DNA of 64,000 nt from Candidatus Latescibacterota bacterium. GTDB taxonomy: Bacteria; Latescibacterota; UBA2968; UBA8231. The notes below the pieces were generated by a model that was given only the letters and a program-made list of their open reading frames with translations, was not told the origin of the DNA and did no database searches. Of this stretch, positions 31,998 to 40,153 are shown in pieces. Both the position numbers and the translations under genes were made by a program. Where the stretch lies: NCBI GenBank assembly GCA_964291625.2, contig OZ220089.1:4256001-4320000 (forward strand). The letters run 5' to 3'. Numbering within the stretch: the first letter of the stretch is position 1; the number at the start of each line of letters is the position of its first letter.

Positions 31998-33188
31998 TCA
32001 GCGGCGCCAGCCCTCGCCGGGCATGATGCGGCGCATGAACTGGTCGAAGAGGGGGACCGTGAAGGCGGTGTCGCCGTGGCCGGGGCTCCAGATCATGCCC
32101 TTCGAGATCAGTTGGGCCCTCGCCGGCCCGAGGGAGGTGACCTTGAGACCCAAGGCCCGCGCGATGTCCCCCGAGCGATGCGGGCCGGGCCCCAGCTCCG
32201 ACATGGCCCTCAGGTACCTCTTTTCCGAGGTGGTCAGGCGGTCGAACCGCACCCGGAAGAAGCCCTCGTCCAGAGCGGCGACGACTACGTTCGAGGCGCG
32301 CTCGACGTCGGCGATCCCGATCGACGGGCCCGCCGCCACATCCCAGGAGTGCTTCCCCCACTCCTGAAGGAAGTACGGGTACCCGTGAGTCTCCTGAACG
32401 ATGCGCTCCAGGGCGTCATCGTCGATGGTCACGCCTTCATCCTCGGCCGGCTTGACGATGGCCGTTCGGGCCGCCTCGGCTCCGAGCGGTCCGACCCGTG
32501 GAAAGTCGAACAACCTCTCGGCGTATGACTTCGCCCTTCCGGTGCGGGCCCGGAGCTGCGGCAGGCCGGCTCCGACCATGACGACGGGCAACCGCCGCTG
32601 GGCGGTCAGGTGCAGGGAGATGATCAGCGCCGCCAGCTCCTCCTCGTCGACGTACTGGAGCTCGTCGACGAACAGGGACAGCGCCGTCTCCGCCTCCCTG
32701 GCCGCAAGACCGGCGGCCTCCAGCAACGCCTGCAGATCCATCTCGAGGTCGCCATTGTCGGCCAGGCCCGGCTCCGGCTCGAGATCGAGCCCCACCTCGA
32801 TGTCCTGGTACTTCACCTTGAGAGCGGCGGCGAAGCCCGCCAGGCCCCTGAGCGCCCTGAGAGCGAGACCCTTCGCCTTCTCGTTGTTGGACAACTGGAG
32901 CAGCGCCTGCCTCAACTGGGGAGCCAGCAGGGCGGGGAGAGAGCGATTATCCGGCGCCTCGACGGACAAGGTGCGGATACCGGCTGCCTGCGCGTCCACG
33001 CGCATGCTCTCGAGCAGCACGGTCTTGCCGACCCCCCTCAGGCCGACCATGAGAAGGCTCTTGGCCGGCCGGCCGAGTCTGATCCTGGCCAGCGCCACAC
33101 GGACGCTCTGGCGCAGGTCGTCCCGGCCTGCCAGCTGGGGCGGAGGCGTGCCGGCCCCGGGAGCGTAGGGGTTCCTGATCGGATCCAT
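31998..33188 (-). CDS. AAA-type ATP-binding protein with C-terminal winged helix
   Basis: NPYAPGAG.PP..LAGR, GLRGVGKT, VDELQ, GYPYFLQ, R.QLI.KG. Confidence 0.88.
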   Translation of the reverse strand: MDPIRNPYAPGAGTPPPQLAGRDDLRQSVRVALARIRLGRPAKSLLMVGLRGVGKTVLLESMRVDAQAAGIRTLSVEAPDNRSLPALLAPQLRQALLQLSNNEKAKGLALRALRGLAGFAAALKVKYQDIEVGLDLEPEPGLADNGDLEMDLQALLEAAGLAAREAETALSLFVDELQYVDEEELAALIISLHLTAQRRLPVVMVGAGLPQLRARTGRAKSYAERLFDFPRVGPLGAEAARTAIVKPAEDEGVTIDDDALERIVQETHGYPYFLQEWGKHSWDVAAGPSIGIADVERASNVVVAALDEGFFRVRFDRLTTSEKRYLRAMSELGPGPHRSGDIARALGLKVTSLGPARAQLISKGMIWSPGHGDTAFTVPLFDQFMRRIMPGEGWRR

Positions 33189-33196
33189 GGCCGCCG

Positions 33197-33235
33197 ATTA
33201 TGGGGAGTTTAGGCGATTATGTCAATATTATGTCA
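33197..33235 (-). promoter_or_regulatory. Near-consensus promoter of the ATPase gene with direct repeats
   Basis: Minus strand TTGACA(33225-33220)-N17-CATAAT(33202-33197). ATTATGTCA repeated at 33216 and 33227. Confidence 0.65.
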
Positions 33236-33384
33236 TAACCAAAATTTTGCTAACTTCCCCCAAACTACCGGCCACAGGGAGGTGCGCCGCGTCCCTGGAG
33301 TCCCCGGAGACCCGCCCCCGCAGGAACCGCCCCTGGTTGCGGAACGTCGGCTGGCCGGGCATATTGGCCGTGAACGGAGCCGAG

Positions 33385-33762
33385 ATGAGAATCCCCCGAG
33401 CCATCGCGCTGGCAGTGCTCGTCGCGGCGCTGCCGGCCAGCAGCGTCGCCGCCGCGGCGGACTGCTCGCCGTGCGCGCTGGCGGTGGCGGCCCCCGGCTG
33501 CCACGCGCCCGCGGCGGCTGACTCCGAGCAGCTCCGGTCCGCCTGCTGCTGCGCCGCCCTGAGCTGCGCCGACGATTCCCGACCTTCCGCCGATCCCGCT
33601 CCAACCTGGCTGCCCTCCGGCCCCGGGACCTCCGCCACCCCTCCCGCGGGCCCGCCGGTCCAGGCCCTCCGCGCCGCGGACCACGAGCCTGTCGCACCAG
33701 GGCCCCCGCCCCGGGCCGCCAAGGTCCCCCTCTACGCGCTCCACGGCATCTACCTGATCTGA
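33385..33762 (+). CDS. Secreted Cys-rich upstream ORF, putative metal-sensing leader (CruR/CutF-like)
   Basis: 125 aa: signal peptide, CSPC, GCH, CCC..C, Pro-rich tail GPPP, C-terminal PLYALHGIYLI*. Confidence 0.7.
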   Translation: MRIPRAIALAVLVAALPASSVAAAADCSPCALAVAAPGCHAPAAADSEQLRSACCCAALSCADDSRPSADPAPTWLPSGPGTSATPPAGPPVQALRAADHEPVAPGPPPRAAKVPLYALHGIYLI

Positions 33763-33903
33763 TCCTTCTCCGCTCTCGCCGCGCCCGCGGGCACGGCGCA
33801 GAGCCGCATCGAGCGATGCGCTGGCCGGGCCGGCCCCTCAGGGCCAGGCCGCGTGGCCGCGCATGTTGCGTACCGGTCCGACGCCGGAAACAGGAGAAGG
33901 AGA

Positions 33904-35163
33904 ATGCACCGGAGAGCTATCTGCGCCGCGGTCGTGGCCCTGGCCGCCGCGGCGCCCGCGGAACCCCCTGAGCTGGACCTCGACCTCCTGATCGAGGAGG
34001 CCCTCACCTCGAACCTGTCGCTGCAGGTGCTGAAGCACGGCTCTGCCGCCGCCCGGTCGGCGGTCCCGGCGGCCGGGGCCCTGCCCGACCCGGGGCTGAA
34101 GGTCGAGCTGAGCAACGTCCCCTTCCGCCCCCTCGACATCGACGGCTCGCCCATGAGCGGCCGCCAGCTCATGCTCTCCCAGAAGCTGCCCTACCCGGGG
34201 AAGCGGGCGGCCCGGGAGCGCGCCGCCTCCCACGCGGCGGCCGCCGCCGAGGCCGCCCGCCAGGAGCGCGAGGCGACCGTCGTCAACCTGGTGAAGCAGG
34301 CCTGGTTCGACCTGGATCTCCTCGACCGCTCGATCGCCATCACCGGGAGGAACCGGGACCTGCTGCGGGACTTCGTGCGCATCGCCCGGACGAAGTACTC
34401 CGTGGGGCGGGTGCCGCAGCAGGATGTGCTCAAGGCCCAGGTGTCCCTGTCGAGCCTGCGCCGGCGCCTGCTGCACATGGAGGGGGAGCGGCGGCGGACG
34501 GCGGCGCGGCTCAACACCCTGCTGGACCGGGATCCCCGCGAGCCGGTGGGCCGCATCCCGGCCCGGGAGCAGACGCCCCTGGAGTTCGAGGCGGTCCGGC
34601 TGCTGGAGCTGGCCCTGGACGGGCGGCCCCTGCTCGAGGGCCTGCGCCTGGGCCGGGAGCGCTGGCGCGCCGCCGAGGAGCTGGCCGTCCTCGACCGGCG
34701 GCCCGACTTCCAGGTGAACGCCGGCTGGCGCCAGCGCGGCTTCGAGGACGATCCCGTCTCGGGCAGCGACTTCTTCTCCGTGGGGGTGATGATGACCCTG
34801 CCCGTCTACAAGGGGCGCAAGCAGGATTCCCGGATCGCCGAGGCGAGGGCGCGGGTCCGGGAGGCCGAGGCCCGCATCGAGGCCGAGATCCGCGAGCTGG
34901 CGCTGCGGATCGAGGAGCTCCACGTCGACGCCGAGACCCACCTGCGGGAGATGGCCCTCTTCCGGGACGTCATCATCCCCCAGGCCGACCAGTCCCTGGC
35001 CGCGGCGGTCGCCGGCTACCAGGTGGACGAGGTCGACTTCCTCACCCTCCTCGACAACCAGATGACCCTGCTGGAGTTCGAGATCGACTACCATCGCCAC
35101 CTGTCGCAGTACGAGAAGAGCCTGGCCCACCTCGAGTCCGTCGTCGGCCGGCGGCTCTTCTGA
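33904..35163 (+). CDS. TolC-family outer-membrane factor (CusC-like)
   Basis: Signal peptide, AGALPDP, SQKLPYPGK, Y..G.V.QQDVLKAQ, Y....VDFLTLLD. Confidence 0.92.
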   Translation: MHRRAICAAVVALAAAAPAEPPELDLDLLIEEALTSNLSLQVLKHGSAAARSAVPAAGALPDPGLKVELSNVPFRPLDIDGSPMSGRQLMLSQKLPYPGKRAARERAASHAAAAAEAARQEREATVVNLVKQAWFDLDLLDRSIAITGRNRDLLRDFVRIARTKYSVGRVPQQDVLKAQVSLSSLRRRLLHMEGERRRTAARLNTLLDRDPREPVGRIPAREQTPLEFEAVRLLELALDGRPLLEGLRLGRERWRAAEELAVLDRRPDFQVNAGWRQRGFEDDPVSGSDFFSVGVMMTLPVYKGRKQDSRIAEARARVREAEARIEAEIRELALRIEELHVDAETHLREMALFRDVIIPQADQSLAAAVAGYQVDEVDFLTLLDNQMTLLEFEIDYHRHLSQYEKSLAHLESVVGRRLF

Positions 35164-35179
35164 GCGCGGAGGAAAGACC

Positions 35180-36550
35180 ATGTGGAAATACGCGATCGCC
35201 GTGATCCTGTCCCTGGCCGCCGGCACCGCCTTCGGCCTCTGGCTGGGCGGCGCCGGCGCGGGGGCGGGAGCGATGCACGCCCACCAGGAAGAGGCCGACG
35301 TCCACCGCTGCCCCATGCACCCCACCGTCGTCTCCGAGGGGCCGGGAAGCTGCCCGGTCTGCGGCATGGACCTGGTGGCCGACGAGCCGGCGCCGAGCAG
35401 CGCCTCCGGCGGGGAGCGCGCCGTCGCCTACTGGCGGGCGCCGATGGACCCGTCGTACACCTCCCACGAGCCGGGCCAATCGCCCATGGGCATGGACCTG
35501 GTGCCGGTCTACGAGGACGAGCTGCAGGCCGAGGGCACGGTGACGATCGACCCGGCGACGGTGCAGAACATCGGCGTCAGGACGGCGCCGGTGGAGCGCC
35601 GGCCCCTGCACCGCACGGTGCGCACCGTGGGCCGCGTCGACTACGACGAGACGCGCATGACCGACGTCAACACCAAGATCGCCGGCTGGGTGGAGCAGCT
35701 CTTCGTCGACTACACGGGTCAGATGGTGGAGAAGGGGGAGCCCCTGCTGCAGATCTTCAGCCCGGAGCTGGTGGCCGCCCAGGAGGAGTACCTCACCGCC
35801 GTCGACTACAGCGAGCGCCTGATGGCCGGCGGCGGGGGCGAGGTCGTGACCGGGGCCCGGGACCTGCTGTCGGCGGCGCTGCAGCGGCTGCGCTACTGGG
35901 ACATCAGCGACCGCCAGATCGAGGAGCTGCGGCAGACGGGGGAGGCGCGGCGCACCATGACCGTGCACTCGCCCCAGCAGGGCACGGTGGTCCACAAGGC
36001 GGTCCTCGACGGCCAGCACATCGGCCCGGGGCAGCACCTCTACCGCATCGCCGAGCTGTCGCGGGTGTGGGTCTACGCCGACGTCTACGAGTACGAGCTG
36101 CCGTGGGTGCGGGAAGGGCAGGAGGCCGAGGTCGAGCTCTCCTACCTGCCGGGCCGGACCTTCACCGGCAAGGTCACCTACGTCTATCCCTTCCTCGAGC
36201 CGGAGACGCGGACCGTCAAGGTGCGCATGAGCTTCGCCAACCCCGAGCTGGAGCTGAAGCCGGAGATGTACGCCAACGTCACCATCCGCTCGCCCCTGCC
36301 GGCCGACAGCGTCCTCACGGTCCCGGTGCAGGCGGTGATCCACTCCGGTCCGCGCCGACTGGCCGTGATCAGCCTCGGCGAGGGCCGCTTCCAGCCCCGG
36401 GAGATCCGCGTCGGCGCCGAGGCGGAGGGCTTCTACGAGGTCCTGGAGGGCCTGCGTGAAGGGGAGCGGATCGTCACCTCGGCCCAGTTCCTCATCGACT
36501 CGGAGAGCAACCTGAAGGCGGCGGTCAGCTCCCTGGGGGAGGGGACGTGA
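35180..36550 (+). CDS. cusB: Heavy-metal RND periplasmic adaptor
   Basis: CPMHP...CPVCGMDL, APMDP...SPMGMDLVP, SPELVAAQEEYL, LKPEMY, FLIDSES. Confidence 0.92.
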   Translation: MWKYAIAVILSLAAGTAFGLWLGGAGAGAGAMHAHQEEADVHRCPMHPTVVSEGPGSCPVCGMDLVADEPAPSSASGGERAVAYWRAPMDPSYTSHEPGQSPMGMDLVPVYEDELQAEGTVTIDPATVQNIGVRTAPVERRPLHRTVRTVGRVDYDETRMTDVNTKIAGWVEQLFVDYTGQMVEKGEPLLQIFSPELVAAQEEYLTAVDYSERLMAGGGGEVVTGARDLLSAALQRLRYWDISDRQIEELRQTGEARRTMTVHSPQQGTVVHKAVLDGQHIGPGQHLYRIAELSRVWVYADVYEYELPWVREGQEAEVELSYLPGRTFTGKVTYVYPFLEPETRTVKVRMSFANPELELKPEMYANVTIRSPLPADSVLTVPVQAVIHSGPRRLAVISLGEGRFQPREIRVGAEAEGFYEVLEGLREGERIVTSAQFLIDSESNLKAAVSSLGEGT

Positions 36551-39500
36551 TGATCGGGCGCATCATCGAGGCCTGCGTCAACAACAAGCTGCTCACGGTG
36601 CTGGTGACCCTGCTGGCCGCCGGCGCCGGCTTCCTCGCCATGTCCGACACCCCCCTCGACGCCATCCCCGACCTGTCGGACGTGCAGGTGATCGTCCTTA
36701 CCGAGTACCCGGGGCAGGCGCCCCAGGTGGTGGAGGACCAGGTGACCTTCCCCCTGAGCACGGCGATGCTGGCCGTGCCCTACGCCAAGGCGGTGCGGGG
36801 GTACTCCTTCTTCGGCCTCTCCTTCGTCTACGTCATCTTCGAGGACGGCACCGACATGTACTGGGCGAGGAGCCGCGTCCTCGAGTACCTCAGCTTCGCC
36901 GGCGACCGCCTCCCCGAGGGGGTGCAGCCGCGGCTCGGTCCCGACGCCACCGGCGTCGGCTGGGTCTACGAGTACGCCCTCGTCGACACCAGCGGCCGCC
37001 GCGACCTCGCCGAGCTGCGCTCGATCCAGGACTGGTACCTGCGCTACGAGCTGACCAGCGTGCCCGGCGTCGCCGAGGTGGCCAGCATCGGCGGCTTCGT
37101 CAAGCAGTACCAGGTGACGGTCGACCCCAACAAGCTGCTGGCCTACGGGGTCTCGCTGCAGCAGGTGAAACGCGCCATCCAGCGCAGCAACAACGACGTC
37201 GGCGGCCGCCTCATCGAGCTGGCCGAGACCGAGTTCATGGTGCGCGGCCTCGGCTACATCCGTTCCGTCGAGGACATCCGCGAGGTGCCCGTGAGCGCCG
37301 GCCGCTCCGGCACCCCGGTGCGGGTGCGGGACATCGCCACCGTGCAGGTGGGGCCCGAGCTGCGCCGCGGCCTGGCGGAGTGGAACGGCGAGGGGGAGGT
37401 GGCCGGCGGCATCGTGGTCATGCGCTACGGCGAGAACGCCCTGGCCGTGATCGACGCCGTCAAGGCGAGGCTCGCCGAGCTGCAGGACGGCCTGCCGGAA
37501 GGGGTGGTGGTGGAGACCGCCTACGACCGCTCCGGCCTCATCCGCCGCGCCGTGGGCCACCTGCGCGAGAAGCTGGTGGAGGAGTGCCTGGTGGTGGCCG
37601 CCGTCTGCGGGCTCTTCCTGCTCCACTTCCGCAGCGCCTTCGCCGCCGTCTTCACCCTGCCCCTGGGCATCCTCGTCGCCTTCATCGTCATGTGGGGCCA
37701 GGGGATCAACGCCAACATCATGTCCCTCGGGGGGATCGCCATCGCCGTGGGGGCCATGGTCGACGCCGGTATCGTGCAGATCGAGAACGCCCACCGCCAC
37801 CTGGCGCGGGACCGGGGCCGCAAGGACCACTGGGCGATCATCGCCGCCGCCTCCAAGGAGGTGGGGCCGGCCCTGTTCTTCTCCCTCCTCATCGTCACCC
37901 TCTCCTTCCTGCCCGTCTTCACCCTGGAGGCCCAGGAAGGGCGGCTCTTCAAGCCCCTGGCCTACACCAAGACCTACGCCATGGCCGCCGCGGCCCTGCT
38001 GTCGATCACGGTGGTGCCCGTGCTCATCGGCTTCTGCCTGAAGGGGCGGGTCGTCGACGCCGACCGCAATCCGCTCAACCGGGTTCTGACGCGGGGCTAC
38101 GGGCCGGTCCTGGACTGGCTGCTGCGCCACAAGGCCGCCACCCTGGCCGCCGCCGCGGCGGTGATGTTCGTGTCGGTGTTTCCCTTCCGCAGCGTGGTGG
38201 TGGAGCGCTTCGCCGAGCGGCCCGGCAGCCTGGCGCACACGGCGCTGTCCCGCCTGCAGGGGCTCTTTCCCCTGGAGCAGATCGGCTCGGAGTTCATGCC
38301 GCCCCTGTACGAGGGGGACCTGCTCTACATGCCGACCACCCTGCCCGGGGTCTCGGTGACCAAGGCGCGGGAGCTGCTGCAGCAGACCGACCGCATCATC
38401 CGCACCTTCCCGGAGGTGGAGAACGTCTTCGGCAAGATCGGCCGCGCCGAGACCGCCACCGACCCGGCGCCCCTGTCGATGATCGAGACCACCATCACCC
38501 TGAAGCCGCAGGACCAGTGGCGGCCGGGCATGACCCCGCAGAAACTGGTGGAGGAGCTGGACCGGGCGGTGCGCTTCCCGGGGCTGACCAACGCCTGGAC
38601 GATGCCGATCAAGACGCGCATCGACATGCTCTCCACCGGCATCAAGACCCCCGTGGGCATCAAGGTAGCCGGCGACGATCTCGAGACGCTGGAGGAGGTG
38701 GGCCGGCGGATCGAGCAGGTGGTGCGGGAGATCCCGGGCACGGCCAGCGTCTACGCCGAGCGGGTCGCCGGCGGCAACTACGTCGACTTCGAGATCGACC
38801 GCGAGGAGGCCGGGCGCTACGGCCTGACGGTGGGGGACGTGCAGGAGGTGATCCTGTCGGCCATGGGCGGCATGAACATCACCCACACCGTGGAGGGCCG
38901 CGAGCGCTACCCGGTGAACCTGCGCTACGGGCGGGAGCTGCGCGACAACCTGCCCGCCCTGAGGCGGGTCCTGGTGGCCACGTCCACGGGGGCCCAGATC
39001 CCCATCGGGCAGGTCGCCGACCTGCGCATCCGCAAGGGGCCGCCCGGCATCAAGAGCGAGAACGCCCGCCTCAACGCCTGGGTCTACGTCGACATCCGCG
39101 ACGTCGACGTGGGCACCTACGTCGAGCGCGCCCGCCAGATCGTGGCCGAACGGATCGACCTGCCCCAGGGATACAGCCTGATCTGGAGCGGCCAGTACGA
39201 GTACATGGAGAGGGCCAAGGAGCGGCTGAGCCTCGTCGTGCCGGTCACCCTGGCCATCATCTTCCTGCTCCTCTTCCTCCACTTCCGCAGCGTCGTGGAG
39301 AGCCTCATCGTCATGCTCACCCTGCCCTTCGCCCTGGTGGGCGGGATCTGGCTCATCTACATCCTGGACTACAACATGAGCGTCGCCGTGGGCGTGGGTT
39401 TCATCGCCCTCGCCGGGGTCAGCGCCGAGCTCGGGGTGGTGATGCTCACCTACCTCGACCAGGCCCTGGAGGCCCGCCGCACCGAAGGCCGGCTCGAGGA

Positions 39501-39798
39501 CCGGGCCGATCTCGCCGCCGCCATCGTCGAGGGGGCGTCCCGGCGCGTGCGCCCGATCTTCATGACCGTGGGTTCGACGGTGGGCGGTCTGCTGCCGATC
39601 ATGTGGGCCACGGGCGCCGGGTCGCAGGTGATGAAGCGGATCGCCGCGCCCATGGTGGGCGGGCTGGCGACGGCTACACTTCTGGCGCTGCTGGTGTTGC
39701 CGGCCGTATATGCGCTGTGGCGTGGTTTCCAGATGCGCGGCGGCACGGAACCGACAACGGATGCACACACCCCCGAGGAAGGAGTGACAGCAGCATGA
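36547..39798 (+). CDS. cusA: CusA Cu(I)/Ag(I) RND permease
   Basis: DAIPDLSDVQV, LGPDATGVGWVY, EFMPPL.EGDLLYMP, DPAPLSMIET, PIKTRIDML, MKRIAAPMVGG. Confidence 0.97.
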   Translation: MMIGRIIEACVNNKLLTVLVTLLAAGAGFLAMSDTPLDAIPDLSDVQVIVLTEYPGQAPQVVEDQVTFPLSTAMLAVPYAKAVRGYSFFGLSFVYVIFEDGTDMYWARSRVLEYLSFAGDRLPEGVQPRLGPDATGVGWVYEYALVDTSGRRDLAELRSIQDWYLRYELTSVPGVAEVASIGGFVKQYQVTVDPNKLLAYGVSLQQVKRAIQRSNNDVGGRLIELAETEFMVRGLGYIRSVEDIREVPVSAGRSGTPVRVRDIATVQVGPELRRGLAEWNGEGEVAGGIVVMRYGENALAVIDAVKARLAELQDGLPEGVVVETAYDRSGLIRRAVGHLREKLVEECLVVAAVCGLFLLHFRSAFAAVFTLPLGILVAFIVMWGQGINANIMSLGGIAIAVGAMVDAGIVQIENAHRHLARDRGRKDHWAIIAAASKEVGPALFFSLLIVTLSFLPVFTLEAQEGRLFKPLAYTKTYAMAAAALLSITVVPVLIGFCLKGRVVDADRNPLNRVLTRGYGPVLDWLLRHKAATLAAAAAVMFVSVFPFRSVVVERFAERPGSLAHTALSRLQGLFPLEQIGSEFMPPLYEGDLLYMPTTLPGVSVTKARELLQQTDRIIRTFPEVENVFGKIGRAETATDPAPLSMIETTITLKPQDQWRPGMTPQKLVEELDRAVRFPGLTNAWTMPIKTRIDMLSTGIKTPVGIKVAGDDLETLEEVGRRIEQVVREIPGTASVYAERVAGGNYVDFEIDREEAGRYGLTVGDVQEVILSAMGGMNITHTVEGRERYPVNLRYGRELRDNLPALRRVLVATSTGAQIPIGQVADLRIRKGPPGIKSENARLNAWVYVDIRDVDVGTYVERARQIVAERIDLPQGYSLIWSGQYEYMERAKERLSLVVPVTLAIIFLLLFLHFRSVVESLIVMLTLPFALVGGIWLIYILDYNMSVAVGVGFIALAGVSAELGVVMLTYLDQALEARRTEGRLEDRADLAAAIVEGASRRVRPIFMTVGSTVGGLLPIMWATGAGSQVMKRIAAPMVGGLATATLLALLVLPAVYALWRGFQMRGGTEPTTDAHTPEEGVTAA

Positions 39799-40136
39799 AA
39801 CGCCTGAAGACCCGAGGGAAAGCCGTCATCGCCGTTGCGGCGGTCGCTGCGGTCCTGGCCGTCGGCGGCTATTTCCTGCAGGGAGAGAGCCAGCCGCCTC
39901 CCCTGCCCGCGGACGGACTCGCCCTCTACCAGACCTTGCTGAGGGAGATCCCGGAGGTTGTGAGCCAGGTGCCGTGCGCCTGCTGCAACCAGAGTCTCTC
40001 CTGGTGCTACGAGGGAGGGTGTCCCCCCACCTGACGGCAGTGCAACGAAGAGGGCCGTGACGCCTTCAAGTGGCACCACGAGGGAAAGGACATCGAGGAG
40101 ATCAAGGAGCTGATCCTGGCGAAGTACTTCCATTGA
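39795..40136 (+). CDS. Probable selenoprotein (UGA at codon 80, UxxC), PCYCGC-like membrane-anchored protein, 113 aa
   Basis: ATGA overlap with cusA, TM anchor, PCACC...WCY...CPPT-UGA-RQCNEEGRDAFKWHHEGKDIEEIKELILAKYFH*. Read-through ends 17 nt before copA. Confidence 0.78.
40035..40080 (+). promoter_or_regulatory. SECIS-like hairpin
   Basis: GUGC..GAGGGC-[CGUGAC]-GCCUUC..GCAC directly 3' of the UGA; loop 21 nt from the UGA with G at loop position 2 followed by U. Confidence 0.62.
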
Positions 40137-40153
40137 GGGAGGCCTGACCGCCG

